Positions 19,498 to 29,074 of a stretch of DNA of 64,000 bases are shown one piece after another. The stretch is from Vicinamibacteria bacterium (GTDB lineage Bacteria; Acidobacteriota; Vicinamibacteria; Marinacidobacterales; Marinacidobacteraceae). The stretch lies in contig CAXXLQ010000004.1 in the NCBI GenBank assembly GCA_963668695.2, forward strand, positions 160,001 through 224,000. Reading direction: 5' to 3'. Within the stretch, counting starts at the first letter, position 1. Every line of letters begins with the position of its first letter. The notes beneath the pieces are model-generated. The model saw only the letters and a program-made list of their open reading frames with translations, did not search any database and was not told where the DNA came from. Both the position numbers and the translations under genes were made by a program.

Positions 19498-20481
19498 GTG
19501 GCACTCATTCTCACGGAGCGGGAGGTCGCGGAAATCCTCTCGATGAAGGAGGCCGTGAGGCTTCTCGAAGCGTCGTTCCGGCTCCACGCGGAGGGGAAAA
19601 CGCAGGTCGCACCGCGGCTCGTCATGCCGCTCACCGGAGTCGCCGGGAACTTCCGGATCATGGCGGCCGTGATCCCGGACATGGGTGGCTTCGGCCTCAA
19701 GACGCTGACCGGCACCCCGGGAAAACGGGCTCCCGAGGAGACCTATTTCGCGATCCTCTATTTCGACACGGAAACGGGAGCGCTCCGGGCCGTGATGCCG
19801 GGGACCCACATCACCGGAACCCGGACCGGAGCGGCCAGCGGGGTGGCGACTCGCTACCTGGCTCGCGAGGACGCCTCTTCGCTTGGTCTGATCGGGGCCG
19901 GCTTCCAGGGCCGCAACCAGGTGGCGGCGGTACGGGAGGTCCGGGACATCCGCACGGTCCGGGTGTATGACCTGTTTCCCGAAGCCGCGGCCAGCTATGC
20001 CGCCGCGCTGTCCGGGGAAGGACTCGACGCCCAACCCGTGGGAAGCGCCGAAGCCGCGGTCCGCGGCCTCGATGTCGTATGCGCCGCAACCACCACCAAA
20101 GAGCCGGTCATCCTGGCGGACTGGCTCGAGCCCGGAATGCACGTGAACTCGGTGGGAGCGAACGCTCCGGTGAAACGGGAGGTCGAAGCGGCGGCGTTTT
20201 CACGCTGCCGGGTGGTGCTCGACTTCCGGGACCAGGTCCTGGGCGAGGCCGGGGATCTGATGGCGGCGATCCGGGACGGAGCCTTCCGCGAGGATCAGCT
20301 CCACGCCGAGCTTGGCGACGTTGTCGTAGGCCGGGTGGCTGGCCGCAGCTCGCCTGACGACATCACCCTCTTCAAATCGGTCGGGGTGGCCATCGAAGAC
20401 GTGGCCTGCGCCGCCTTCGTGTACGAGGAAGCCGGGAAACGCGGACTCGGGCAGACGATGCGTCTTCAGGACGCCGGATAG
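19498..20481 (+). CDS. Ornithine cyclodeaminase / alanine dehydrogenase family protein
   Basis: ITGTRTGAASGVA, IGAGFQG, HVNSVGAN, LFKSVGVAIED; GTG start at 19498. Confidence 0.92.
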   Translation: MALILTEREVAEILSMKEAVRLLEASFRLHAEGKTQVAPRLVMPLTGVAGNFRIMAAVIPDMGGFGLKTLTGTPGKRAPEETYFAILYFDTETGALRAVMPGTHITGTRTGAASGVATRYLAREDASSLGLIGAGFQGRNQVAAVREVRDIRTVRVYDLFPEAAASYAAALSGEGLDAQPVGSAEAAVRGLDVVCAATTTKEPVILADWLEPGMHVNSVGANAPVKREVEAAAFSRCRVVLDFRDQVLGEAGDLMAAIRDGAFREDQLHAELGDVVVGRVAGRSSPDDITLFKSVGVAIEDVACAAFVYEEAGKRGLGQTMRLQDAG

Positions 20482-20523
20482 GACCCGGGCTGGGAAACCC
20501 GAGGCTGGGGAAAGGCGGCAACG

Positions 20524-21993
20524 ATGCAGCACACGACCGAACGGTTCACCTCCCGCTGGGGCGTCCTCCTGGCCACGATCGGAATGGCGGTCGGAACCGG
20601 GAACATCTGGCGGTTCCCCCGGATCGCGGCGCAAAACGGCGGCGGGGAGTTCCTGATCCCGTGGGTGATTTTCCTTTTCCTCTGGGCGATCCCGCTGCTG
20701 CTCGCCGAGTTCGCGCTGGGCAAGAGTTCCCGCCGCGGACCCGCCGCCGCCATCGGCGCCGCCACCGGCGCCCGGCACAACTGGATGGGGCTCTTTATCG
20801 GCCTCGTCACCACCTTCATCACCTTCTACTACTCGGTCGTCACCGGGTGGTGCCTCAAGTACTTCGTCAGCTCCTCGCTCGGCCAGCTGCAAGGTGCCGA
20901 CCCTCAGACCTACTGGGAAACCTTCACGAGCCATCCGGGCCAGCCGGTGGTGTTCCACGGGCTGGCGCTGGTGATCGGCTCTTTCATCATCTTTCGGGGA
21001 GTCGCCGCCGGCATCGAGCGGGTCAACCGCTATCTGATCCCGACGCTCTTCGCGCTGCTCCTGATGGCGGCAGTGAGAGCGGTCACGCTTCCGGGAGCCG
21101 CCGAGGGACTGCGTTTCCTCTTCGTTCCCGACCTGGGCGCACTTACCGACTACCGGATCTGGCTGGCGGCGCTTACCCAGACCGCGTGGAGCACCGGGGC
21201 CGGCTGGGGGCTCGTCACCGTCCTCGGGGCCTACGTGCCCGACGGTCAGGGTTTCGTCAAGACCGGAATCACCGCAGCCATCGCGAACAACTTCGCTTCG
21301 CTGCTCGCCGGGATCGCGGTGATCTGCACCGTCTTCGCACTCAGCACGTCCACCGAGGCCACCCAGGCGGCGCTCGGGTCGAGCAACGAGGGACTGACCT
21401 TCCTCTGGCTACCGCAGCTCTTCCTCGACATGCCGGGCGGGAACATCCTCCTGCCGCTGTTCTTCCTCACGCTCTGCTGTGCCGCCATCTCCTCCCTCAT
21501 CACCCAGCTCGAACTGGTGAACCGGATGGTGATGGATATGGGCGTCCCCCGCCGCCGATCCGTTCCCACGGTGGCTGCGGTCGCTTTCGTGATGGGGCTG
21601 CCCTCCGCCTACTCCCTCGGTTTCTTCCGCAACCAGGACTGGGTGTGGGGAGTGGCGTTGCTGGTGTCCGGACTCTTCGTCGCCATCACCGTGATTCGCC
21701 GCGGAGCGCGCCGGTTCCGTGAGGAGCACCTCATGGGTTCGGAGGAAGAGTGGCGCGTCGGCCGCTGGTTCGAACGGATCATCACCTGGCTCATCCCGGT
21801 CGAGTTCGTTGCCCTGATCACGTGGTGGATGTGGCAGTCGGCCGCCTCCTCGGGCGGTGAGTGGTGGAATCCCTTCGGCGAGTTCACGGTCGGAACGGTG
21901 GTCTTCCAGGTGGGTCTGCTGATCCTTGTCTGCCTCGGAATCAACCGTTTCGTCTGGAAGCGCACGAGCGCCGCGACCCGCGACCAAACCTGA
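20524..21993 (+). CDS. Sodium-dependent (NSS/SNF family) amino-acid transporter
   Basis: GMAVGTGNIWRFP, NGGGEFL, many hydrophobic segments. Confidence 0.94.
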   Translation: MQHTTERFTSRWGVLLATIGMAVGTGNIWRFPRIAAQNGGGEFLIPWVIFLFLWAIPLLLAEFALGKSSRRGPAAAIGAATGARHNWMGLFIGLVTTFITFYYSVVTGWCLKYFVSSSLGQLQGADPQTYWETFTSHPGQPVVFHGLALVIGSFIIFRGVAAGIERVNRYLIPTLFALLLMAAVRAVTLPGAAEGLRFLFVPDLGALTDYRIWLAALTQTAWSTGAGWGLVTVLGAYVPDGQGFVKTGITAAIANNFASLLAGIAVICTVFALSTSTEATQAALGSSNEGLTFLWLPQLFLDMPGGNILLPLFFLTLCCAAISSLITQLELVNRMVMDMGVPRRRSVPTVAAVAFVMGLPSAYSLGFFRNQDWVWGVALLVSGLFVAITVIRRGARRFREEHLMGSEEEWRVGRWFERIITWLIPVEFVALITWWMWQSAASSGGEWWNPFGEFTVGTVVFQVGLLILVCLGINRFVWKRTSAATRDQT

Positions 21994-22012
21994 CCCCAAC
22001 CAATCCCGCGCG

Positions 22013-23308
22013 ATGAGCGAAGAGGGGAGCGCCGTTCGCCTCAGCGCGTTCGACCGCGCGCTGCTCGCGGGCGAAGAAGGGGAGGCGCCGCAGCTCGCCA
22101 TGCGCATCCTGGCGCGGATGGCCGAGGTCCGCGACGCGGGTTCGATGCTGGACATCGAGGCCGCGCACATCGACAGCACGATCTATGTAGGCGACGCCGG
22201 CCTCGAGTTCGCCGAACGCCTCGCCGGGCTCGGGGCGCGGGTGCGGGTTCCTTCCACGCTGAACGTGAGCGGGCTCGACGAATTCAACTGGCGCGACTGG
22301 TCGGTTCCTCCGGAATGGGCCGAAAAGTCGGCCCGTCAGATGCGGGCCTATGCATCCATGGGGACAATCCCCACCTGGACCTGCGCCCCCTACCAGGGCC
22401 GGCAGACCCCCCGGTTCGGACAGCAGATCGCCTGGGGCGAGTCGAATGCCGTCTGCTTCGCGAACTCGGTGATCGGAGCGCGCACCGAGCGCTACCCCGA
22501 CCTGCTCGACATCTGCTGCGCCATTACCGGGCGGGCGCCGGCCGTCGGGCTGCATCTCGACGAGAACCGGCTGGCCACCCGCGTTCTGCGACTCCGGGAC
22601 ATTCCCGAGGAACTCGCGGCCGCCGACGACTTCTACCCGGTTCTCGGCCATCTGCTGGGCCCCTTCGCCGAGGACGATCCGGTGGCAATCGCCGGATTGC
22701 CGGTCATTCCCGAGGAGGACCAGCTCAAGGCGCTCGGGGCGGCTGCCGCCTCTTCCGGCGCCGTCGCCCTCTTTCACATTCCCGGAGTCACCCCGGAAGC
22801 TCCCACCCTGCGGGACGCACTGGGCGGCCGGAAGCCGGTCGCCACCCGTGACGTCGGGCTGGAAGAACTGCGCGCGGCACGCCGGGAATTGACCACCCAT
22901 GGCGAGGGCGCCCTGGACATCGTGGTGCTCGGGAGCCCGCACTTCTCCTTCGCCGAGTTCGGGAAGCTCGCGGCCCTGCTCCACGATCGCGGCGCCCGGC
23001 GTGCTTCTTGGGAAGAAGGCGGATGCGAACTGGTGGTGACCACGAGCCGAGCCGTCCGCGACGTGGCCGAACGCGCGGGGCTGCTCGAACCGCTTCGCGC
23101 CTTCGGCGGCCGCCTCATGGTGGATACCTGTGTCCTGGCCACCCCCATGGTCCCCGGGACCACGCGCCGCCTCATGACGAACTCCGCCAAGTACGCGTGG
23201 TACTCCCCTAGCCTCCTGGGGTCGGCGGTTGCCTTCGGCAGCCTCGCCGAATGCATCGAGTCGGCCCGCGAGGGGCGGGTCGTCCGCGAGCCGGGGCCCT
23301 GGGATTAG
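22013..23308 (+). CDS. Aconitase X catalytic (large) subunit, DUF521
   Basis: AHID, TCAPY, WGESNA, GARTER, GSPHFS, DTC, MTNSAKYAWY. Confidence 0.92.
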   Translation: MSEEGSAVRLSAFDRALLAGEEGEAPQLAMRILARMAEVRDAGSMLDIEAAHIDSTIYVGDAGLEFAERLAGLGARVRVPSTLNVSGLDEFNWRDWSVPPEWAEKSARQMRAYASMGTIPTWTCAPYQGRQTPRFGQQIAWGESNAVCFANSVIGARTERYPDLLDICCAITGRAPAVGLHLDENRLATRVLRLRDIPEELAAADDFYPVLGHLLGPFAEDDPVAIAGLPVIPEEDQLKALGAAAASSGAVALFHIPGVTPEAPTLRDALGGRKPVATRDVGLEELRAARRELTTHGEGALDIVVLGSPHFSFAEFGKLAALLHDRGARRASWEEGGCELVVTTSRAVRDVAERAGLLEPLRAFGGRLMVDTCVLATPMVPGTTRRLMTNSAKYAWYSPSLLGSAVAFGSLAECIESAREGRVVREPGPWD

Positions 23309-23817
23309 CAGCCTGTGGCAAAACCCACGCGGCCCAGTTCTCCCGGTGGGGGCTCGACGGGCGATCCATCCCGTCCAAACAGCCTGTGATGAAACCCACG
23401 CGGCCCAGTTCTCCCGGTGGGGGCTCGGTCGGCGATCCATCCCGGCTGACCGCGTCGCTTCGCGCCGCTCATCGTTGCGTTTCGGTCGGAATACACCCGG
23501 GCCAGTTCTCCCGGTGGGGGCTCCTCCCTCACGCGCCTTGTCAGCCGGGCCCCCACCGGGAGAACTGGCCCCACCGGGAGAACTGGGCCTCACCGGCCTC
23601 GGCGCTCACGTGGGTTCCACCACCGGCTGTTCACCGCCCCGCTTCGCGGGGCTCTGCGTTGCGCTTCGGTCGAAATACACCCGGGCCAGTTCTCCCGGTG
23701 GGGGCTCCTCCCTCGCGCGCCTTGTCAGTCGGGCCCCCACCGGGAGGACTGGCCCCACCGGGAGAACTGGGCCTCGCCCGTCTCGGCGCTCACGTGGGTT
23801 TCACCACAGGCTGCTAG
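23306..23817. mobile_element. Composite MITE-like element, family A
   Basis: ends tagcagcctgtgg...ccacaggctgctag; removal fuses the acnX-large TAG directly to the acnX-small ATG. Confidence 0.85.
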
Positions 23818-24264
23818 ATGTCCGTTTCGACGAACCCGAATTCGGGCGCCGCCCGCCTTCGGGGGCAGGTGGTCGTCGCGGGAAGCGCTGCGGGAAGCGT
23901 CCTCCACACAACCCAGCCGCTGAGTTTTTGGGGCGGGTACGACGCCGCATCGGGACGGATCATCGATACGCACCACCCGTTGGCCGGGAAGACGGCGGCG
24001 GGCACGGCGCTCGTCCTGCCGGCAACGCGCGGATCGTCCACGACCACCGCGGTTCTCCTGGAGGCGATCCGGCGGGAAACGGCCCCGGCAGCCATGATCA
24101 CCCGCGGAGTGGACGCGTTCCTCGCCCTCGCCTGCGTGGTGGGACAGGAGATGTACGGCCGCTCGCCAGCGCTGGTGTGCGTCGGTGACGACGAGTTCCG
24201 GAGCCTGGCCGACTGGCCCTTTCTGGTACTCGAAGACGGAGTCCTCACCCGCGTGGATCGCTGA
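23818..24264 (+). CDS. Aconitase X swivel-domain (small) subunit, DUF126
   Basis: PLSFWGGYD...GRIIDTHHPLAG...LPATRGSST. Confidence 0.92.
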   Translation: MSVSTNPNSGAARLRGQVVVAGSAAGSVLHTTQPLSFWGGYDAASGRIIDTHHPLAGKTAAGTALVLPATRGSSTTTAVLLEAIRRETAPAAMITRGVDAFLALACVVGQEMYGRSPALVCVGDDEFRSLADWPFLVLEDGVLTRVDR

Positions 24265-24329
24265 TCCGTCGTCAAGGGCCAGCGGAAACGGCAGATCGGT
24301 CTCTCCCCGAACGCCGGGTTGGCTTCCGG

Positions 24330-24738
24330 CTAGGCGACGAAGAGATCGCGCAGCAGCAACAGCAGGATCGCCAGACTGGTCGTCAGCAGCACGTTCACCT
24401 TGACCTCCAGACGGGCGACCCGGTCGCGGAGGTTAACAGCCTGTGGTGAAACCCAGGCGGCGTTCGAGCGGCGATGCATCCCGCCTGAACCGCGCCGCTT
24501 TGCGGCGCTCTGCGTTGCGTTTCGGTCGAAATACACCCGGTATTCCTCCCTCACGCGCCTTGTCAGCCGGGCGCCTCGCCCCCACCGGGAGAACTGGCCG
24601 CTCTCGGCGCTCACCCGGGTTCCACCACAGGCTGTTAAGAACAAAGCCGACTGGTTCTTCCGCCGCGGCCTCTGCCAGTTCCTCCCCAACGCCAGCCTTT
24701 CGGAAGGCCGCGAACATTTGAGAGCGGATGATGGCCAT
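24330..24738 (-). pseudogene. Small membrane-anchored coiled-coil protein (68 aa) disrupted by a MITE
   Basis: removing the insertion at TTAA gives MAIIRSQMFAAFRKAGVGEELAEAAAEEPVGFVLNLRDRVARLEVKVNVLLTTSLAILLLLLRDLFVA*. Confidence 0.8.
24433..24638. mobile_element. MITE-like element, family A
   Basis: ttaacagcctgtgg...ccacaggctgttaa with duplicated target. Confidence 0.9.
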
Positions 24739-24761
24739 GGATAAGGCGCCTTCAGTTCATG

Positions 24762-24991
24762 CTAACAGCCCGTGGAAGAAGCACCCCGCACTATCCCCAC
24801 GACGGCATGCGCGCCGAATCTGGCGATTTGTGCGCGTGCGGGGCGCTTCCCCCACGGGGTGACGGCGCGAATCGCTCCGCGATCCGCGCCATCGTCTTCG
24901 GTGGGGAGGGGAAAACCCCTCCCCACGCCCCTCCCCCGCGGCGCTGCGCGCCGCGAATGGATGCCGCCAGAGTTTCGCGACCGCTTGGTGA
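24762..24991. mobile_element. MITE-like element, family B
   Basis: ctaacagcccgtggaagaagcacccc...; homologous to 48862-49090 and 50104-50318. Confidence 0.75.
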
Positions 24992-25029
24992 TAGCCAGAC
25001 TTGGCGCCGGCCACTGGGAATTGCCCCGC

Positions 25030-25707
25030 TCACATCGGTATCCAGCGGCCGCCGGCATGACGCTCAACGCGGATCCGGGCACTGCTTCCGTGAATCACGA
25101 TCGCGTAGACGGCGCCCTCTCCACTCACCGTGATCCGCCCGAAACCGGAACCGCCGAGAGGTGAGAACGAAATCATCCCCGCAACCCCGACGTCCAAACC
25201 GGGGACCGGCGCCGGACCCGCGGCGCCAGCGGGAGCTCCCCACCCAACTCCCGGAAAGCGCGCCCCAAACCTCCAGGGATTGTCGAGGAGACGCTCTTCG
25301 CCGGACGCGATTTCGGCCCGGCGAACTCCGTTGTGATTGGTATCCAGAACCAGCGCAACGACCGGAGTGTCGTCGGACCCGGGAATTTCGACGCCATGCC
25401 CGGCGAGCGGCGGATCGAAAACGACTGCGACGTTCGCGGCGCGGGCCGCGGCCTCCGCCCGCGCTTTCTGAAGCAGCGAGCGGATGGCCATCGCCGCGCC
25501 ACGAACGCGCTCGGCTCTCAGGTGGCCTGCGAGCGGGGGAATCGCCGTGCCGGCAAGCACCAGGAGCAGCGCCACCGCGACCAACAACTCGAGGAGGGTG
25601 AAGCCCGCGATTCGATCCGACCGCTCCACCGGAACCACGCCGCGGCGGTTCCGGTCACGCGGCTTTGGGTATTGCACCCGAGCGTTGGCGTCGGCCGGCA
25701 TCTTCAA
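25030..25707 (-). CDS. FimT/GspH-like minor pilin with prepilin cleavage/methylation motif
   Basis: GFTLLELLVAVALLLVLAG...ARAEA; real start may be GTG 25638. Confidence 0.85.
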   Translation of the reverse strand: MKMPADANARVQYPKPRDRNRRGVVPVERSDRIAGFTLLELLVAVALLLVLAGTAIPPLAGHLRAERVRGAAMAIRSLLQKARAEAAARAANVAVVFDPPLAGHGVEIPGSDDTPVVALVLDTNHNGVRRAEIASGEERLLDNPWRFGARFPGVGWGAPAGAAGPAPVPGLDVGVAGMISFSPLGGSGFGRITVSGEGAVYAIVIHGSSARIRVERHAGGRWIPM

Positions 25708-25978
25708 CCGTCACATACGGTCGGATCCGTTCGTAAAGGCGCTCGCCGATCCCCTGGACGTTCATGAGTTCCTCCGTACTGGCGAACGGTCCGTTCTCTT
25801 CGCGCCACTTGACGATGCGGGTGGCAGTGATTTCGCCGATGCGCGGCAGTTCGGTCAGTTCTTCGACGGTGGCGGTGTTGACGTTGATGGGCTCCTCGGG
25901 TTGGATGGCGGACACCGCCAGCATCGCCGAGGAAACGAGGGCCAGGAGGGCGAGAAACGGAACGCGGAATTGGATCAT
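25655..25978 (-). CDS. comEA: ComEA family helix-hairpin-helix DNA-binding protein
   Basis: signal peptide + INVNTATVEELTELPRIGEITATRIV...GPF...ELMNVQGIG; AAGGAG RBS. Confidence 0.93.
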   Translation of the reverse strand: MIQFRVPFLALLALVSSAMLAVSAIQPEEPINVNTATVEELTELPRIGEITATRIVKWREENGPFASTEELMNVQGIGERLYERIRPYVTVEDAGRRQRSGAIPKAA

Positions 25979-26469
25979 GTATATCTCCTTGTGTGTTGAT
26001 TTGATTGATTGAATACACATTGGTATATGTGACATTGACTGCTTCCAAGAAGCACATCCAGAGAGGGTTCTGGGTACGTATCTCTCAATACATCGTTGAG
26101 AATGGACCCCGGATATACACATATAAGTGCATATCAAGTATGTGGACCTACTGCCAACATTCCGCCGATTCACGTTGCCTGGAACCGCCGGGAATACGTC
26201 TTGCCGCAACTAACGGACCAGCACCGCCCACCCGGCCGTCCGAATGTTCGCGAAGTCCCGGATGGAGACTGTTCTGCCAGTAACCCCATGTGAATTATGG
26301 GTGTTACGCACCACCTGACGACGCAGTGGCGCCACCCCGCGAACCGCCCTGCTTCCTCAAAGCCCCGTTCGGGGGCTCGGATGTCAACTGGTGTTGACGG
26401 GGTGCGTCAACAACGCTTGTCGATCGTCAAGACGTGGAGACGGCTTCTTGCGAGATCCCACCAGCGACG

Positions 26470-26495
26470 GAAAGAACCGGGATGTTCCTCCCGGC
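26470..26495 (-). terminator. Putative intrinsic terminator after the M23 peptidase gene
   Basis: ccggga-ggaaca-tcccgg followed by ttcttt on the - strand. Confidence 0.45.
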
Positions 26496-26518
26496 AGGCG
26501 ACCGTGACGCGGATCGGT

Positions 26519-27838
26519 TCAGGAACCGCCGCTCCCGTCCACCACGGTCCGGGAGGTCGGCGCGCGGGTGGGAGACGACCGCTCGGGCCGCTCGAAATCG
26601 GACACCAACTCTTCCCGCCACGCCTCGAAGAGTCCCCGATGCTCGGCGGGGATCGGGGGCCCCGGAGGCAGGATGTGGGTACGTGGGTTCAGCGGCCTTC
26701 CATGGCGTGACAGTCGGTAGTCCAGATGCGCGCCGGTCGAAACGCCCGTGGAACCCACTAGTCCGATGACGTCTCGCTGGTTGACCCGGCGGCCGGGGCG
26801 GATTTCCGACGGGATGCGAGAGAGGTGGAGATACTTGGTGATGTACCCGCCGGCGTGGCGGAGGGTCACCATGTTGCCGTTCGGGCCGCGGCTCCCGGCG
26901 TCCGCGACCACCCCGTCCGCCGTCGCCATCACCGGAGTGCCTCGCGCAGCGACATAGTCCACCCCGTAGTGCGGGCGATACACGCGGTGCACCGGGTGGA
27001 ACCGCCGGCTGGTGAAGACGCCGGAGATGCGGGTGTACGCCACCGGGCTCATCAGGAAGGTGCGTTGGATGGAGTTGCCCTCGAAGTCGTAGTAACCCGA
27101 TTCGCCGGTAGGTAGCTCGAACCGGAACGCGAAGATGGAACGCCCGGCATTGACGTAGCGGACGGCGTGAAGTTCGCCGTAGTCCTTCCACTCACCCCGG
27201 TCGTCATAGAGCTTGTCCACAACCACCGAATAACTGTCTCCCTGCCGGGTGTCGCGGTGGAAGTCGATGTCGTACTCGAGGGCTCCTGCAATCAGCACCG
27301 CGAGGTCACCCCGTTCGCCGGCGCCCACCAGACTCTGATAGAGGTTGCTGTTCACCACCCCCTGGACCACTTCCCTCCGGTTAAGCGGTTCGGCGGTGAA
27401 CTCACGCGCATTCCAACCCGCAACCGAACGAACGAGGGCCACTTCGCGGAAGTCGTCGAGCGGCAACTCCAGCCGGACCGGCACTCCGGCGCTGTCCCGA
27501 TGGAGCCACAGGGTCTGTCCTACCTTGAGGCGTCGGACATCGGTTACCGGTCCGAGCGCTTCCGAGACGGCATGGACCTCCCGCAGGGAAAAACCGTTTC
27601 GCACCAACACATCGGAAAGAGAATCGCCGCGGATGAACCGGTCCGGAACCAGGAACAGCCCCGCATCCCGATGATTCGAGGAGTCAACGGTTTTGGGCGG
27701 CTCCGCCATCCCCGGCGGTTCCGGGAGGGGGCCGTTCCACGACCGCAAAACACCGACGCCAAACAGCAAAACTCCCGCAAGCAGACCGGCAACAACTGCG
27801 GTCGCCGAGGCGAAATGGGGGGTTGGGCGGGATGTCAC
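26519..27838 (-). CDS. M23 family peptidoglycan DD-metalloendopeptidase
   Basis: RFHPV...HYGVDY...GTPVMATADG...YLHLS...GSTGVSTGAHLDY; N-terminal TM helix. Confidence 0.93.
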   Translation of the reverse strand: MTSRPTPHFASATAVVAGLLAGVLLFGVGVLRSWNGPLPEPPGMAEPPKTVDSSNHRDAGLFLVPDRFIRGDSLSDVLVRNGFSLREVHAVSEALGPVTDVRRLKVGQTLWLHRDSAGVPVRLELPLDDFREVALVRSVAGWNAREFTAEPLNRREVVQGVVNSNLYQSLVGAGERGDLAVLIAGALEYDIDFHRDTRQGDSYSVVVDKLYDDRGEWKDYGELHAVRYVNAGRSIFAFRFELPTGESGYYDFEGNSIQRTFLMSPVAYTRISGVFTSRRFHPVHRVYRPHYGVDYVAARGTPVMATADGVVADAGSRGPNGNMVTLRHAGGYITKYLHLSRIPSEIRPGRRVNQRDVIGLVGSTGVSTGAHLDYRLSRHGRPLNPRTHILPPGPPIPAEHRGLFEAWREELVSDFERPERSSPTRAPTSRTVVDGSGGS

Positions 27839-27870
27839 GCGAGGAATTCTTGAGTATGCCACAGCGAGCC

Positions 27871-28057
27871 CTAACAACCTGTGGTGGAACCCGGGTGAGC
27901 GCCGAGGCCGGTGAGGCGCCCGGCTGACAAGGCGCGTGAGGGAGGAATACCGGGTGTATTTCGACCGAAACGCAACGCAGAACGAAGCGAAGCGGAGTGG
28001 TTCAGCCGGGATGGATCGCCGGCCGAACGCCGCGTGGGTTTCACCACAGGCTGTTAA
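27871..28057. mobile_element. MITE-like element, family A
   Basis: ctaacaacctgtgg...ccacaggctgttaa; its TTAA end coincides with the epimerase stop. Confidence 0.88.
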
Positions 28058-29013
28058 CCCCGCCGAACGCTCGGGGTGTCCAGAAGGTTCCCCGCGGAGG
28101 ACTTCAACAGCTCCGAAATTCCCTCCTCCAGCGGGACCCGCGCTCTGAAACCCAGCCGTTCCGCAGCGCTTCCAATGTCGGCCGAGGCATGGCGCATGTC
28201 GCCGGTGCGCGACGCCGCGAAGGTGGGCGTCAGTCCCACTCCGGCGGCTTTCGCAACCAGACGCCAGATTTCCCCTACCGAGACGGCACGCCCGGTTCCC
28301 ACGTTGAATGCCTCTCCCCCGGGCTCCTGCGAGGCTCTTCGGAGGGCGAGAATCAACGCGTCCACCACATCGCCCACGAAAACGAAATCCCGGGTCTGCC
28401 CGCCGTCGCCATGAATCTCGGGCCGCTCGCCGCGGGTCGCCTGAGCCGTAAACCGGGCGAGAACGCCGGAATAGGGAGAGTCGGCCGGCTGACCCGGCCC
28501 GTACACGTTGAAAAAACGCAGAGCGATGGCCGGCGGTCCCCCGGTGCGGTGATACAGGAGGACGTGCCGCTCCCCGGCCAGTTTGGTCACCGCGTACACG
28601 GAAAGGGGCCTCAAGGGGACGGATTCCGCAATCGGGCGCTCGCCGGCGTCGCCGTACACGGAGCAGGACGAGGCATACACGAGAGCGGAGACGCCCGCTC
28701 GCCGGGACTCGTCGAGCACCACGAGGGTTCCCTCGATGTTCACCCGAGCCGCAGTCTCCGGGTCCAGCTCCGCGCGCGGTACCGAGGCGAGCGCCGCCAA
28801 GTGAGCGACCCTGCCCACCCCGGAGAGAGCGGCCCGGACTGCGGCAGGACTCCGGATGTCCCCTTCGCACACCTCGATCAGGGGGTTCCCGGAGATGCGT
28901 TCGCGCCGGCCCGTCGAGAAATCATCGAGAATCCGGACCCGCTCGCCGGATCCCGTAAGACGGTCGGCCAGCGCCGAGCCGATGAAACCGGCCCCGCCGG
29001 TGATCAATATCAC
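28054..29013 (-). CDS. NAD-dependent epimerase/dehydratase (UDP-glucose 4-epimerase-like)
   Basis: ITGGAGFIGS, YAVTK, RFFNVYGP, DGGQTRDF. Confidence 0.94.
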   Translation of the reverse strand: MILITGGAGFIGSALADRLTGSGERVRILDDFSTGRRERISGNPLIEVCEGDIRSPAAVRAALSGVGRVAHLAALASVPRAELDPETAARVNIEGTLVVLDESRRAGVSALVYASSCSVYGDAGERPIAESVPLRPLSVYAVTKLAGERHVLLYHRTGGPPAIALRFFNVYGPGQPADSPYSGVLARFTAQATRGERPEIHGDGGQTRDFVFVGDVVDALILALRRASQEPGGEAFNVGTGRAVSVGEIWRLVAKAAGVGLTPTFAASRTGDMRHASADIGSAAERLGFRARVPLEEGISELLKSSAGNLLDTPSVRRG

Positions 29014-29074
29014 GTCGGTCGAGTCATCCGGAGACGGGGCGAGACCGGAAACCCCGGCCGGAACGAATGCAGCG

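Noticed and set aside
16625-19504. 959-aa ORF as a single fusion protein
   Set aside because: Only the last 328 codons are OCD-like; the rest is antisense shadow of the DHDPS-family and proline dehydrogenase genes.
25976-25990. Vector contamination because of the T7 g10-like RBS
   Set aside because: No T7 promoter, lac operator or other vector sequence nearby, and it sits correctly before a native-looking comEA.
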